Shown: piece by piece, positions 1-7,194 of the stretch
Layout of the letters: each line of letters opens with the position of its first letter
How positions within the stretch are numbered: position 1 is the stretch's first letter
DNA from: a virus
Strand: one strand, 5' to 3'
Length of the DNA stretch: 12,979 nt
Virus record (IMG/VR): IMGVR_UViG_3300045988_117496
Location: 1-12,979 of that record
Notes under the pieces: generated by a model
What the model saw: the letters and a program-made list of their open reading frames with translations, nothing else
What the model was told of the DNA's origin: nothing
Database searches by the model: none
Program-made: the position numbers and the translations under genes

Positions 1-92
1 ATACTCAAGTCCGTGGTGGACGGACATTTGTCTTTCCCCCGCGGACATATGTGTTTGTCTCCGGCGGACATGATGTGCGCTATAGGCGAACA
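1..92. repeat. Left inverted terminal repeat (92 bp)
   Basis: Positions 1-92 equal the reverse complement of 12888-12979, except position 40 (C here, T in the reverse complement of 12940). It contains CGGACAT at 21-27, 42-48 and 65-71, plus a GTCCGT/ACGGAC palindrome at 9-25. Confidence 0.97.
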
Positions 93-95
93 CGC

Positions 96-122
96 AAAAA
101 GACCCCGGTCGAAACCGAGGTC
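96..122 (-). terminator. Rho-independent terminator ending the late operon
   Basis: The minus-strand RNA reads GACCUCGGU-UUCG-ACCGGGGUC followed by UUUUU. That is a 9-bp GC-rich stem (one G-U pair) with a UUCG loop. It lies 15 nt after the TAA stop of the last gene and 4 nt before the ITR. Confidence 0.85.
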
Positions 123-136
123 AAACATTTGTTCGA

Positions 137-1462
137 TTACTGAAAAAGTGGATCAAATACAAAATCCCCAAAATCTACGCACTCTATCTGGTTAATGTCA
201 TACTTTAAATAATTCCTTTTCGCTGTATTAATTGCTTGCATAATTAAATACACTTTTTTCTCTGAAATTTTAATAGAACCCTGCACCATTGTGAACAAGT
301 TTGCTTCTCCTGCTGTATCAGTTTCTTTACCTCTCAGAATCATACTACACGGGAATGTACAATCTGTTGCATAGAAATGAATTGCAGGGCTATCAATAGT
401 GCCTACTTCCAAGGGAGTACCGTCTAGTTTTAAGCCGGGTATATTTATCTCACTCAGTTTAAATTCCAGACATCTTACTTTTGCGGTTCCATTAAAAATG
501 GAATACCTAATTTTTGCGCCGCCTTTACCGGGGATACTTGAGGTCTTTGTAAAAGTCGTACCATATTCAATGCTGTTAATTGGTTTAAAGTAAAGTCCAT
601 CAAACGCCCCAATCACCATATTGAGAATATTCTTATGTCCTTGTTCGGAAGGATGCACGCCGTCATTTGAAAAAGATGATTCATACAGCATGCCCTGATA
701 TGCGGGTATAACACTAAATCCTAATTGAGCAGCTGAATACATCCAGATTTTAATTGCTTTAATTACACTGATGTAAGTTGTTGATGTATGAATCCCCTGC
801 TGATGACCTTCCCATGTCCATCCCATAGGACAAACAACCACGTTTTTACAGTTTTCAAAATTGCTTGCTATAGCACTTTGGAAATCAATCATGCCCTGAC
901 TGATGTCATTTTCAGCAGAGTTTCTGTCGTTGTAACTTCCACCCACAATTATTTTGACAACGTTTTTCTTTTCATTTGTTGTCATTGTGCCTGTTAATGT
1001 GTTTAACATATTTGTATATGTTTTAGTTCCGTCAGCTTTAAATCCATATCCACCAATGGCACTCAATTTAACAGAGTACCCATTTTTCTCAAGAGCATTT
1101 TTGAGCATATACGCCCATGAATATTCTTTATTAGCGATATTCTCTCCTGCACCATAGCTGTCTCCCAAAATAAGAACAGTAGGTTTATTAACTCTTGCCA
1201 ACGCTCCTTGTAATAATGCGTCTGAAATGATTTCCGAAAGTTCTCCGTTAGCTTTCATTTCATTCAAGATTTTTCGTACTTCTTTATCAATTTCAAGTTT
1301 AGCGAAATAATCTGTTACAAATTTCTTTAATTCTTCAAAGTCACCCTGTAATCCAGTAAACTTTCCTTGCATTTCAATCCATTCTTCTGTTAGGTTTTTC
1401 ACGGTTTCAATAATCCATGTTAAGTTCATTTCATGAAAATTCGTATATGGAAATTTAAACAT
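137..1462 (-). CDS. Tail appendage / receptor-binding protein with central SGNH (GDSL) esterase domain
   Basis: 441-aa ORF, the last late gene, with RBS GAGGGGGG-7 nt-ATG. The N-terminus FPYTNFHEMNLTWII resembles phage tail-fibre anchor motifs and is followed by a coiled-coil-like stretch. SGNH blocks are present: I LILGDSYGAG, II SAIGGYG, III GGSYND, V DGVHPSEQGH. The C-terminal ~145 aa has no recognisable motif. Confidence 0.75.
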   Translation of the reverse strand: MFKFPYTNFHEMNLTWIIETVKNLTEEWIEMQGKFTGLQGDFEELKKFVTDYFAKLEIDKEVRKILNEMKANGELSEIISDALLQGALARVNKPTVLILGDSYGAGENIANKEYSWAYMLKNALEKNGYSVKLSAIGGYGFKADGTKTYTNMLNTLTGTMTTNEKKNVVKIIVGGSYNDRNSAENDISQGMIDFQSAIASNFENCKNVVVCPMGWTWEGHQQGIHTSTTYISVIKAIKIWMYSAAQLGFSVIPAYQGMLYESSFSNDGVHPSEQGHKNILNMVIGAFDGLYFKPINSIEYGTTFTKTSSIPGKGGAKIRYSIFNGTAKVRCLEFKLSEINIPGLKLDGTPLEVGTIDSPAIHFYATDCTFPCSMILRGKETDTAGEANLFTMVQGSIKISEKKVYLIMQAINTAKRNYLKYDINQIECVDFGDFVFDPLFQ

Positions 1463-1476
1463 TTTCTTACCCCCCT

Positions 1477-2121
1477 CTAATATACTACTAGGAAAAACTC
1501 TTCTTTAAACATTTCAGTGATTTTACTCAACGCACTCATAGATTTTTCAAGCTTGAAATCCAACACCTCAAGTTCCGACATACCCGTAGACCTTGTTTCT
1601 TTTTCCGTTTCTGTCGTTTCATTTTTAGAATTTTTTGCGTTGTTGTTTGTTTCATCATAGCTTGCTTTTCCCCCATAAGTAATTGTTGTGCTTCCCCTAT
1701 CCACAAGTGACGTTGAGTTGAATCCTGCAACTTTTTCAGCTGTTGAATCAGAACCACTTGTCCCACTATTACTTTTCTGAGTTAAATTTTCTTTATCTTC
1801 CGTTGTAGATTTTCCTTTTTTGTCTCTTGTAATTGTTTCCGTTTTTTCTCCCTCTGTTGTAGAAATGGCAAGTTCTATATCATAGATAATTGAGAACAAT
1901 CGTTCATTTATAGAAGCCCACGAGTTTAGAGCTAAAGCCATTTCGGTTGGTGATGGTATTAAAACTTCCAACTCAGCGCATTTTAAAAGGACATAATTCT
2001 GAATATTATCCTTTCCAATATCATTTACCATATTGACCGGTAAATGACTTATGAAATTATCTTTCAGCAGATTTTCATTCCATGCTAGTAGCCCCCGTAA
2101 ATAAAGTTCTCCCGGCATCAT
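1477..2121 (-). CDS. Putative lower collar / head-tail adaptor protein (gp11-like by position)
   Basis: The ORF sits directly after the portal gene and before the appendage gene, the position of gp11 in phi29. It has a Ser/Thr/Lys/Glu-rich low-complexity centre. The track start (TTG at 2157) is unlikely; ATG-ATG at 2121/2118 follows GAAGGGGGCG. This start overlaps the portal 3' end by 47 nt. I recognise no diagnostic motif. Confidence 0.5.
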   Translation of the reverse strand: MMPGELYLRGLLAWNENLLKDNFISHLPVNMVNDIGKDNIQNYVLLKCAELEVLIPSPTEMALALNSWASINERLFSIIYDIELAISTTEGEKTETITRDKKGKSTTEDKENLTQKSNSGTSGSDSTAEKVAGFNSTSLVDRGSTTITYGGKASYDETNNNAKNSKNETTETEKETRSTGMSELEVLDFKLEKSMSALSKITEMFKEEFFLVVY

Positions 2122-2995
2122 TTTCGCCCCCTTCATTGTGACGTAATTTAACGTCAAGATTTAGATTAAACATTGTATTTGTTTGGTTAATTCCTTCTTT
2201 TAATGTTTCAAGCCATAATTCTGCTTTTGTGAAACACTCAATATTATTGCTGTTCACCTCATCTACAATCATACGTTCTTTCTTGTCACTTCTCACGTTT
2301 GGTATGCCAACTTCATTGCAAAACATTTCTTCCCAACGCCTCAATGTATCCTGTAATTCAGGAGCAATAAAATTCTTTTTCAAATCATTATTGAAAAAAT
2401 CTAACGGAATATTTTCGTTCCCCATCTTCAGTTTTTCATCATAGAAAACGCCAAGTTCACCTCTCATCACCTTATCAAGAATTTTCTTCATTGACTCAGC
2501 TTGACTTTTTCCTCTCACTGCGAAGAGAAATGAAAGTTTGCTGTTCATAATGTTCATTTCACACGTTTCCGCAGTCATAGCCATATTATCGGCATAGTAA
2601 TTTACAATATCAGAAATACCGCTGTAATCTGGCTGTAATCTGATAATGGAACATTGAGCACCAATTTTAGGCTCTAAAATTCCCGTTAATAAAGGATTCA
2701 CAATTACAGCGTGCGTGGGATTATAGTAGATATTATATCCTCTCAATTCGCAATGCTGACATATAACACCGAATTTATCTGTATTTACAACTGCCAAATA
2801 ACCATTTAAAAACAGCGAATATAAAAAATAATTTTTATCCCACGTTTCAGGCAATTCAAACTCAAATACAGACATAACTTTTTCAAGTAAATATTTTTTG
2901 AAAAACATAAACATCTGCGTGTTTTTCGTATGAAGAGTTGATGGACTGTAGGAAGAATTAAACAAGTTTATCATTTCATAACTGTATGGCATCAT
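2075..2995 (-). CDS. Portal (upper collar / connector) protein, phi29 gp10-like
   Basis: 306 aa, similar in size to phi29 gp10. SDKKERMIVDEVNSNN resembles the phi29 gp10 segment EKKERMVTDEVSSND, and LNLDVKLRH resembles LNVKVKFRY (recalled from memory). Confidence 0.85.
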   Translation of the reverse strand: MMPYSYEMINLFNSSYSPSTLHTKNTQMFMFFKKYLLEKVMSVFEFELPETWDKNYFLYSLFLNGYLAVVNTDKFGVICQHCELRGYNIYYNPTHAVIVNPLLTGILEPKIGAQCSIIRLQPDYSGISDIVNYYADNMAMTAETCEMNIMNSKLSFLFAVRGKSQAESMKKILDKVMRGELGVFYDEKLKMGNENIPLDFFNNDLKKNFIAPELQDTLRRWEEMFCNEVGIPNVRSDKKERMIVDEVNSNNIECFTKAELWLETLKEGINQTNTMFNLNLDVKLRHNEGGENDAGRTLFTGATSME

Positions 2996-2996
2996 A

Positions 2997-3641
2997 TCAT
3001 CCCCTTATAAATATTGAACTCCAATATTGCGCGTAAGTGTATCTCTCCGGCTGATTCAGACTTGCTGGTCTCAAATAATTATACATAAACGCATTAGTAA
3101 GCGTTTTCAGGTCATAGTTCCCAGTAGCCCACTCACGCCATGTCATATTGTAACTTGAAGTCGGATACCATTCCGGCTCAATACCCCTGTCAGCGTCACC
3201 AACACTCTCCTGATATTCAGCGAATAAAACAGCGCACTGTTTTCCACCGTCCCACCAGTCATCATGTTTTCCGTATAGAATATCAAGAACCGACAGTAAT
3301 TTTGTTCCCGGCGTCCACTGTACAAGTCCTCTGCCCGGGCCATCTGACGTTGTGCCACCGCCCACTTCAATGAGACCGGGATTCATGGTACTTTCCTTTT
3401 CCATGTTTCCTAACAACGCCATTCGAGCGGTTGGAGACCAACCTCTCTCCTTAAAATAATTGTTAATATTGGCAGCATTTTGTCGCATTTTGTCTCTTGT
3501 AAAATACCCGTTCACAGTATCGGTGACAAGTACATTCCATTCACCGGACGGTAAAGGAATCTCCCCACCGCTACCCCCAGAGCCACCAATGGAAAGACCT
3601 ATTAATAATGCTGAGTTGTCATTTCTGATGTTTCTATGCAT
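2997..3641 (-). CDS. Tail-associated peptidoglycan hydrolase (Phage_lysozyme2-type)
   Basis: 214 aa. ALLGNMEKESTMNP ... GRGLVQWTPG matches the GN-x3-ES ... G-x-G-x-x-QWT signature I associate with the phage tail lysozyme family. The N-terminus is a basic-hydrophobic segment followed by the GGSGGSGG linker. The ATG overlaps the last 8 nt of the tail-knob gene. Confidence 0.7.
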   Translation of the reverse strand: MHRNIRNDNSALLIGLSIGGSGGSGGEIPLPSGEWNVLVTDTVNGYFTRDKMRQNAANINNYFKERGWSPTARMALLGNMEKESTMNPGLIEVGGGTTSDGPGRGLVQWTPGTKLLSVLDILYGKHDDWWDGGKQCAVLFAEYQESVGDADRGIEPEWYPTSSYNMTWREWATGNYDLKTLTNAFMYNYLRPASLNQPERYTYAQYWSSIFIRG

Positions 3642-5010
3642 AATAAACGCCCCCTTCTAACAATGATTTAACTCTTGATATCTCATCTGAATAAGCCCCT
3701 GTAATATTCATGTCCCCATGTTCTACCAAATAATATCCGGTTCCCAGTGACTTAAAAGTACCACGTTTCATATACGGTCTTCCATTTTCATTGTTGTCCT
3801 CGTCAGTGACTGTTAGGAAATATTGAAAAAATGATATCCAACCGTCAGTTCCTATAGTTGAGCCGTTAGACCCTTTTGACGACACTGTAGGAAGAAACTC
3901 ATTTACAGCGTTCCCGATATATCCAACTCCTTTCATGAGTTGAACGGAAGCAATACTACCGAGTGCGGCTACAGATGATATTACACCCTCAAGAGGATTG
4001 TTTTTAGCTTCATTTATTTGAACAGGAACGCCATACATGCCAGAACTATAGCCAAGTAGTGCATTATTATTAGTAAACGAAATGTCGTATACACCTGTTC
4101 TGGGGTCTATTCGGAAATCGACATTAATCGGAGAGTTAATATTTATTTTATTGGTGTCAATTTGCATCACGCCAAACAGTCTCGATGCTATTTCCAACCT
4201 GTGATATGCACCATGATTTAGATAATCACCTCTAGAAGCCTGAGGATGACTTGATAATGTCACACTCCGTTGTAGTTTGTATGCTAAAAGTGTATTCAAT
4301 TTTGTACACACCGCAGGAATTTTCCAATATCCTAACGGAAGTTCTGACACTTCTGTTCCGCCGGGTATACCGAAAGGCATCCATATACAATTTGACACGT
4401 ATTGGAACGGGTTCATAACAATTTTAACAATAGAATCTTTTATTCCCGATTCTTTGATATCAGCCCAATCTATGTCACCGAATGCTTTCTGGCAGAACGT
4501 TGTGAAATCTGTTACTTGAAATTGATAATATTCTAATGCACCCTCTTGACCTACTACTGTCAGTATAATGAACCCTGTTATCCAACCTGCGCTTGCACCT
4601 TCTGGCAGTACACTAATTTCTTGAGCCTTTTTTGTGTAACCGGATTTTGCGGGGTAAAAATTATCTATTACAGAGCCATCAAAAGTGGCACTGCTTCTTA
4701 AAATGTAAAATTCTTCTTCTATGATTTCGCTTTTGAAGCTAGCTAAAACATCACACTCTAATGAACAAATCCATAGACCCTCTTCAAACGTCCAGTCTTT
4801 TACAAAATAATATCTGTTAAACTCTTCAATATAACAGTAATTCAAATTAGTTGGATTCCCAGAAGCATCGTTATATTGTACACTCAGCGTTGGACTTGAA
4901 ATAGAAGAGGGGCTACGTAAAGCCCCTGTTCTAGTCACAACAGCAGAAGAATTTGGAGGAATCCATGTAGAATTTTTACGTTTTCCCACATTGTAAAAAT
5001 GAACTCTCAT
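3634..5010 (-). CDS. Tail knob / distal tail tube protein, phi29 gp9-like
   Basis: 458 aa, directly after the capsid gene as in phi29. The N-terminal YCYIEEFNRYYFVKDWTFEEGLWICSLECDVLASF parallels phi29 gp9 YIMFQNADYGNKWFYAFVTELEF...VHFEIDVLQTW (recalled from memory). Confidence 0.65.
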   Translation of the reverse strand: MRVHFYNVGKRKNSTWIPPNSSAVVTRTGALRSPSSISSPTLSVQYNDASGNPTNLNYCYIEEFNRYYFVKDWTFEEGLWICSLECDVLASFKSEIIEEEFYILRSSATFDGSVIDNFYPAKSGYTKKAQEISVLPEGASAGWITGFIILTVVGQEGALEYYQFQVTDFTTFCQKAFGDIDWADIKESGIKDSIVKIVMNPFQYVSNCIWMPFGIPGGTEVSELPLGYWKIPAVCTKLNTLLAYKLQRSVTLSSHPQASRGDYLNHGAYHRLEIASRLFGVMQIDTNKININSPINVDFRIDPRTGVYDISFTNNNALLGYSSGMYGVPVQINEAKNNPLEGVISSVAALGSIASVQLMKGVGYIGNAVNEFLPTVSSKGSNGSTIGTDGWISFFQYFLTVTDEDNNENGRPYMKRGTFKSLGTGYYLVEHGDMNITGAYSDEISRVKSLLEGGVYYA

Positions 5011-5025
5011 GCTGTAACCACCTTA

Positions 5026-6222
5026 TTAATCTAATAAGAACACAACTCCATTTTCGGTGAAGTCGTTGTAGTATCTGTCATTGAAATGCCAGAAAATGTT
5101 ACTGTATCCGCCTCTCGCATTAAACGGTGACGGTGCAGACCATTCACCGTAAGTTGTAATGCCAACTGCTTCCTCGTCGAATAGCACACCGAAAATGTTA
5201 GAAGTAGCTGTGCCTTCAGTGTCGGAAACAACGCTTCCTGTTGCGTTCATGTATGACGCTTTTACATTAATACCATCAGGGCTGTCAATATTCTGCCAGA
5301 AACCCACTTTCTCGTGATCTGCCATTTTCAAGTAGCTGTCGTTAAAGATGGATGTCATAACACTAGCGTCAATGTTATTTAGCTCTTCAGAATACAGATA
5401 CAGCTTCTGTTTGTTGTACGGTGTATGCCTAGAAATTTCTTTTCCAGTAACATTAATATGGAACTTTTGTGTTCTTTCAGTCATCCAATCCGACACTGTT
5501 TTGATGTAGCCTGTCGCCCACTTCATGAACGGAACAAAGTTTTCTGGCTGTTTTACCGTGTCAGCTGTAAGAGTGGTTCCGGCGACATCGTTATATTTTG
5601 TCACAAGATGAATAACATTTGCAGTGTCGCCTTTCACTTTACCACCAATAAAGTTGGCGAGTGTCATTCTTGCTGTTGCTTCATGTGCCTGTTCAATTAA
5701 ATCAGACGCGTTTGTCATAATCATAGTGACAAACCTCTGAAACTCCTGTTCATTCTGTAACGCAACGTTTAACTGGTCTCTAAATAGTGTAACCTGTCTC
5801 TGATATACATTCTGGCCATAAAAATTTGTTTGAAGTACTTTCGGAATTGCAACTACTTGATCATCCACACTCGTTCCGTCTGTTAAGTCGTATCGGTCAT
5901 CATTATCCCAATCAGAATCCGCAATATTGAGTTTTCTTACATGGTTTCCAAACCTCATGTTATCTTGATATAAACCCTTAAACTTTCTTGAATAGGGTCT
6001 GATAGAAAAAATAGTTCTGCTGAGAACCTGAGAAATTGCGTTTAACAGTGGGTCAATTCCTAACCCTAGTGCTGTAGTGGCAACTGATGTAAAATCACTT
6101 GTTGCAATCGCACTAACTGTGTTTTTCCCTGTTGCCTGATTTACAATTTCATTCAGAATGGCGGCTGAATTAAAATTCGCTACGTTAGGTGTGCCCGGTG
6201 TTAATTTAATAGCTGTCCCCAT
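5026..6222 (-). CDS. Major capsid protein
   Basis: 398 aa with a strong RBS (AAAGGAGTGATTTT-ATG), immediately downstream of the scaffold-like gene. ISQVLSRTIFSIRPYSRKFKGL resembles phi29 gp8 SLVDRIGLVVIR...PLKKFKKG (recalled from memory). Confidence 0.8.
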   Translation of the reverse strand: MGTAIKLTPGTPNVANFNSAAILNEIVNQATGKNTVSAIATSDFTSVATTALGLGIDPLLNAISQVLSRTIFSIRPYSRKFKGLYQDNMRFGNHVRKLNIADSDWDNDDRYDLTDGTSVDDQVVAIPKVLQTNFYGQNVYQRQVTLFRDQLNVALQNEQEFQRFVTMIMTNASDLIEQAHEATARMTLANFIGGKVKGDTANVIHLVTKYNDVAGTTLTADTVKQPENFVPFMKWATGYIKTVSDWMTERTQKFHINVTGKEISRHTPYNKQKLYLYSEELNNIDASVMTSIFNDSYLKMADHEKVGFWQNIDSPDGINVKASYMNATGSVVSDTEGTATSNIFGVLFDEEAVGITTYGEWSAPSPFNARGGYSNIFWHFNDRYYNDFTENGVVFLLD

Positions 6223-6226
6223 AAAA

Positions 6227-6553
6227 TCACTCCTTTACTGGTGGATTAATAATTGAAGCTAACATATCTTCTGTTGTCGGCGGTTCCGGAATCTGGGAGT
6301 TACTCAGGTTTCCAACCTGAATCAATTTGGTAATCTCATCTAATCGGTTGTCCAGAACACCCATACGCTGATTAAAAACATCCTGTGCCGGAACCGGCGC
6401 TGATACTGGTGCTGATGCCGGTGCTGATGCCGGTGTTGGTGTCTGAATCGGAGCCGGAGCCGGAGCCGGTGCTGATACCGTACCCATGATTTTGATAATG
6501 TCCTGTTTGCTGAATCCTGCCCCTGCAAGGGCAATGATGTCTTCGATTTTCAT
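6227..6553 (-). CDS. Putative scaffolding protein with Pro/Ala-rich linker
   Basis: 108 aa, directly upstream of the capsid gene, the position and size of phi29 gp7. It has helical N- and C-terminal segments joined by APAPAPAPIQTPTPASAPASAPVSAPVPA. Its ATG overlaps the upstream stop codon (ATGA). Confidence 0.5.
   Translation of the reverse strand: MKIEDIIALAGAGFSKQDIIKIMGTVSAPAPAPAPIQTPTPASAPASAPVSAPVPAQDVFNQRMGVLDNRLDEITKLIQVGNLSNSQIPEPPTTEDMLASIINPPVKE
6396..6479. repeat. GC-rich tandem repeats (12-mers and hexamers) encoding the Pro/Ala linker
   Basis: The plus strand reads ggcgctgatact, ggtgctgatgcc x2, ggtgttggtgtc, (ggagcc)x3, ggtgctgatacc. Confidence 0.9.
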
Positions 6554-6861
6554 GTATTATCACTCCTTTTTGTTAAATATTTTTTATTACAGAAACCTGC
6601 GTAAATCTTTCCGCTGTCTGAGTATTCACATAGATACCATTCCATGGTGATATCTGTAAACCCGTAACAGAAGATTGTACGTCCCTTTGGCATTTCCACG
6701 ATTATATCTGCGTTTGTATCTGGCTTATCACGCAACAGCAGAGGGGAACTCTTTGTATTTATTTTATATTCGCCATATACGTCGCGATCTGGGATAATGT
6801 CAATCATTCCGTACTGTTCTTCAATATTCGGGTCTAGTAAAATTTTTGCACCTAACGGCAT
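6550..6861 (-). CDS. Stand-alone SH3b-like (SH3_3) cell-wall-binding domain protein
   Basis: 103 aa. LLLRDKPDTNADIIVEMPKGRTIFCYGFTDITMEWYLCEYSDSGKIYAGFCNKKYL fits the bacterial SH3 pattern (L-x-V/L-R-x-x-P, then K-G, then W, then G-Y/F-V-x-x-x-Y-L). No catalytic domain is present. RBS is AAAGGAGTGATACG-ATG. Confidence 0.6.
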   Translation of the reverse strand: MPLGAKILLDPNIEEQYGMIDIIPDRDVYGEYKINTKSSPLLLRDKPDTNADIIVEMPKGRTIFCYGFTDITMEWYLCEYSDSGKIYAGFCNKKYLTKRSDNT

Positions 6862-6865
6862 CGTA

Positions 6866-7060
6866 TCACTCCTTTGCGTCCAGTTTGTCTGCTAGTTTCT
6901 GAATTGCCATTGTATTATTGTTTAAAACTTCTGTGAGGTTATGTATTTCTTCTTTATGGTTTTCAGTTTCCTTGTACCATAAATAAAAGGTCACTGCGAG
7001 GCACGCCACCGGAACTCCCAGAGAACTGAATAACTGACTTATTGCCTGAATCCATTCCAT
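6866..7060 (-). CDS. Holin, BhlA/UviB-like (single N-terminal TM plus charged coiled-coil tail)
   Basis: 64 aa from the ATG at 7060, with RBS AAGGGAG-7 nt-ATG. The TM segment is LFSSLGVPVACLAVTFYLWY, followed by KETENHKEE and a helical tail, the architecture of BhlA-family holins. The track's GTG start at 7150 lies in the leader with a badly spaced Shine-Dalgarno sequence. Confidence 0.7.
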   Translation of the reverse strand: MEWIQAISQLFSSLGVPVACLAVTFYLWYKETENHKEEIHNLTEVLNNNTMAIQKLADKLDAKE

Positions 7061-7086
7061 ATTGTTACTCCCTTCTTTTGAATTGA

Positions 7087-7156
7087 GGGAAAGTGTTGAG
7101 AGCCAACCAAACTCATGTACACGGGTTCCGCCCGTTGGTTTTTGTACCACTCCCCC
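7087..7156 (-). promoter_or_regulatory. Predicted structured element in the ~100-nt P3 leader
   Basis: In the minus-strand RNA, GGGGGAGUG (7156-7148) can pair with CACUUUCCC (7095-7087), giving 9 bp including 2 G-U pairs. This encloses the GC hairpin ACGGG-CGGAA-CCCGU (7135-7121) and possible AACCAA/UUGGUU and GUAC/GUAC pairings. Fold is by eye only. Confidence 0.3.
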
Positions 7157-7165
7157 TACAATTGC

Positions 7166-7194
7166 ATCATATCACATCTTGAAATAGTTGTCAA
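7166..7194 (-). promoter_or_regulatory. Promoter P3 (late operon), sigma-A/sigma-70 type with extended -10
   Basis: The minus strand reads TTGACA (7194-7189), a 17-nt spacer ending TGA, then TATGAT (7171-7166). The sequence upstream is AT-rich. The TGA of the extended -10 is also the ATPase stop codon. Confidence 0.75.

Noticed and set aside
13-195. Plus-strand 60-aa ORF starting inside the left ITR
   Set aside because: It runs through the ITR, the terminator hairpin and the 3' end of the appendage gene. It has no RBS or promoter. It is most likely a chance ORF.
1536-6563. Nested minus-strand alternative-frame ORFs (1536-1766, 3143-3370, 5031-5231, 6340-6534, 6372-6563)
   Set aside because: Each lies entirely inside a larger motif-bearing ORF in another frame, with no RBS. 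The two at 6340-6563 are artefacts of reading the GC-rich Pro/Ala repeat in other frames, which gives Arg/His- or Gly/Ser-rich products.
7061-7150. In-frame 30-codon N-terminal extension of the holin from the GTG at 7150 (possible holin/antiholin dual start)
   Set aside because: The only SD-like sequence (AGGGGGA) abuts the GTG with about 1 nt of spacing. The extension is hydrophilic leader sequence that overlaps the predicted RNA helix. Thirty stop-free codons is not statistically remarkable. It is kept as a remote possibility only.
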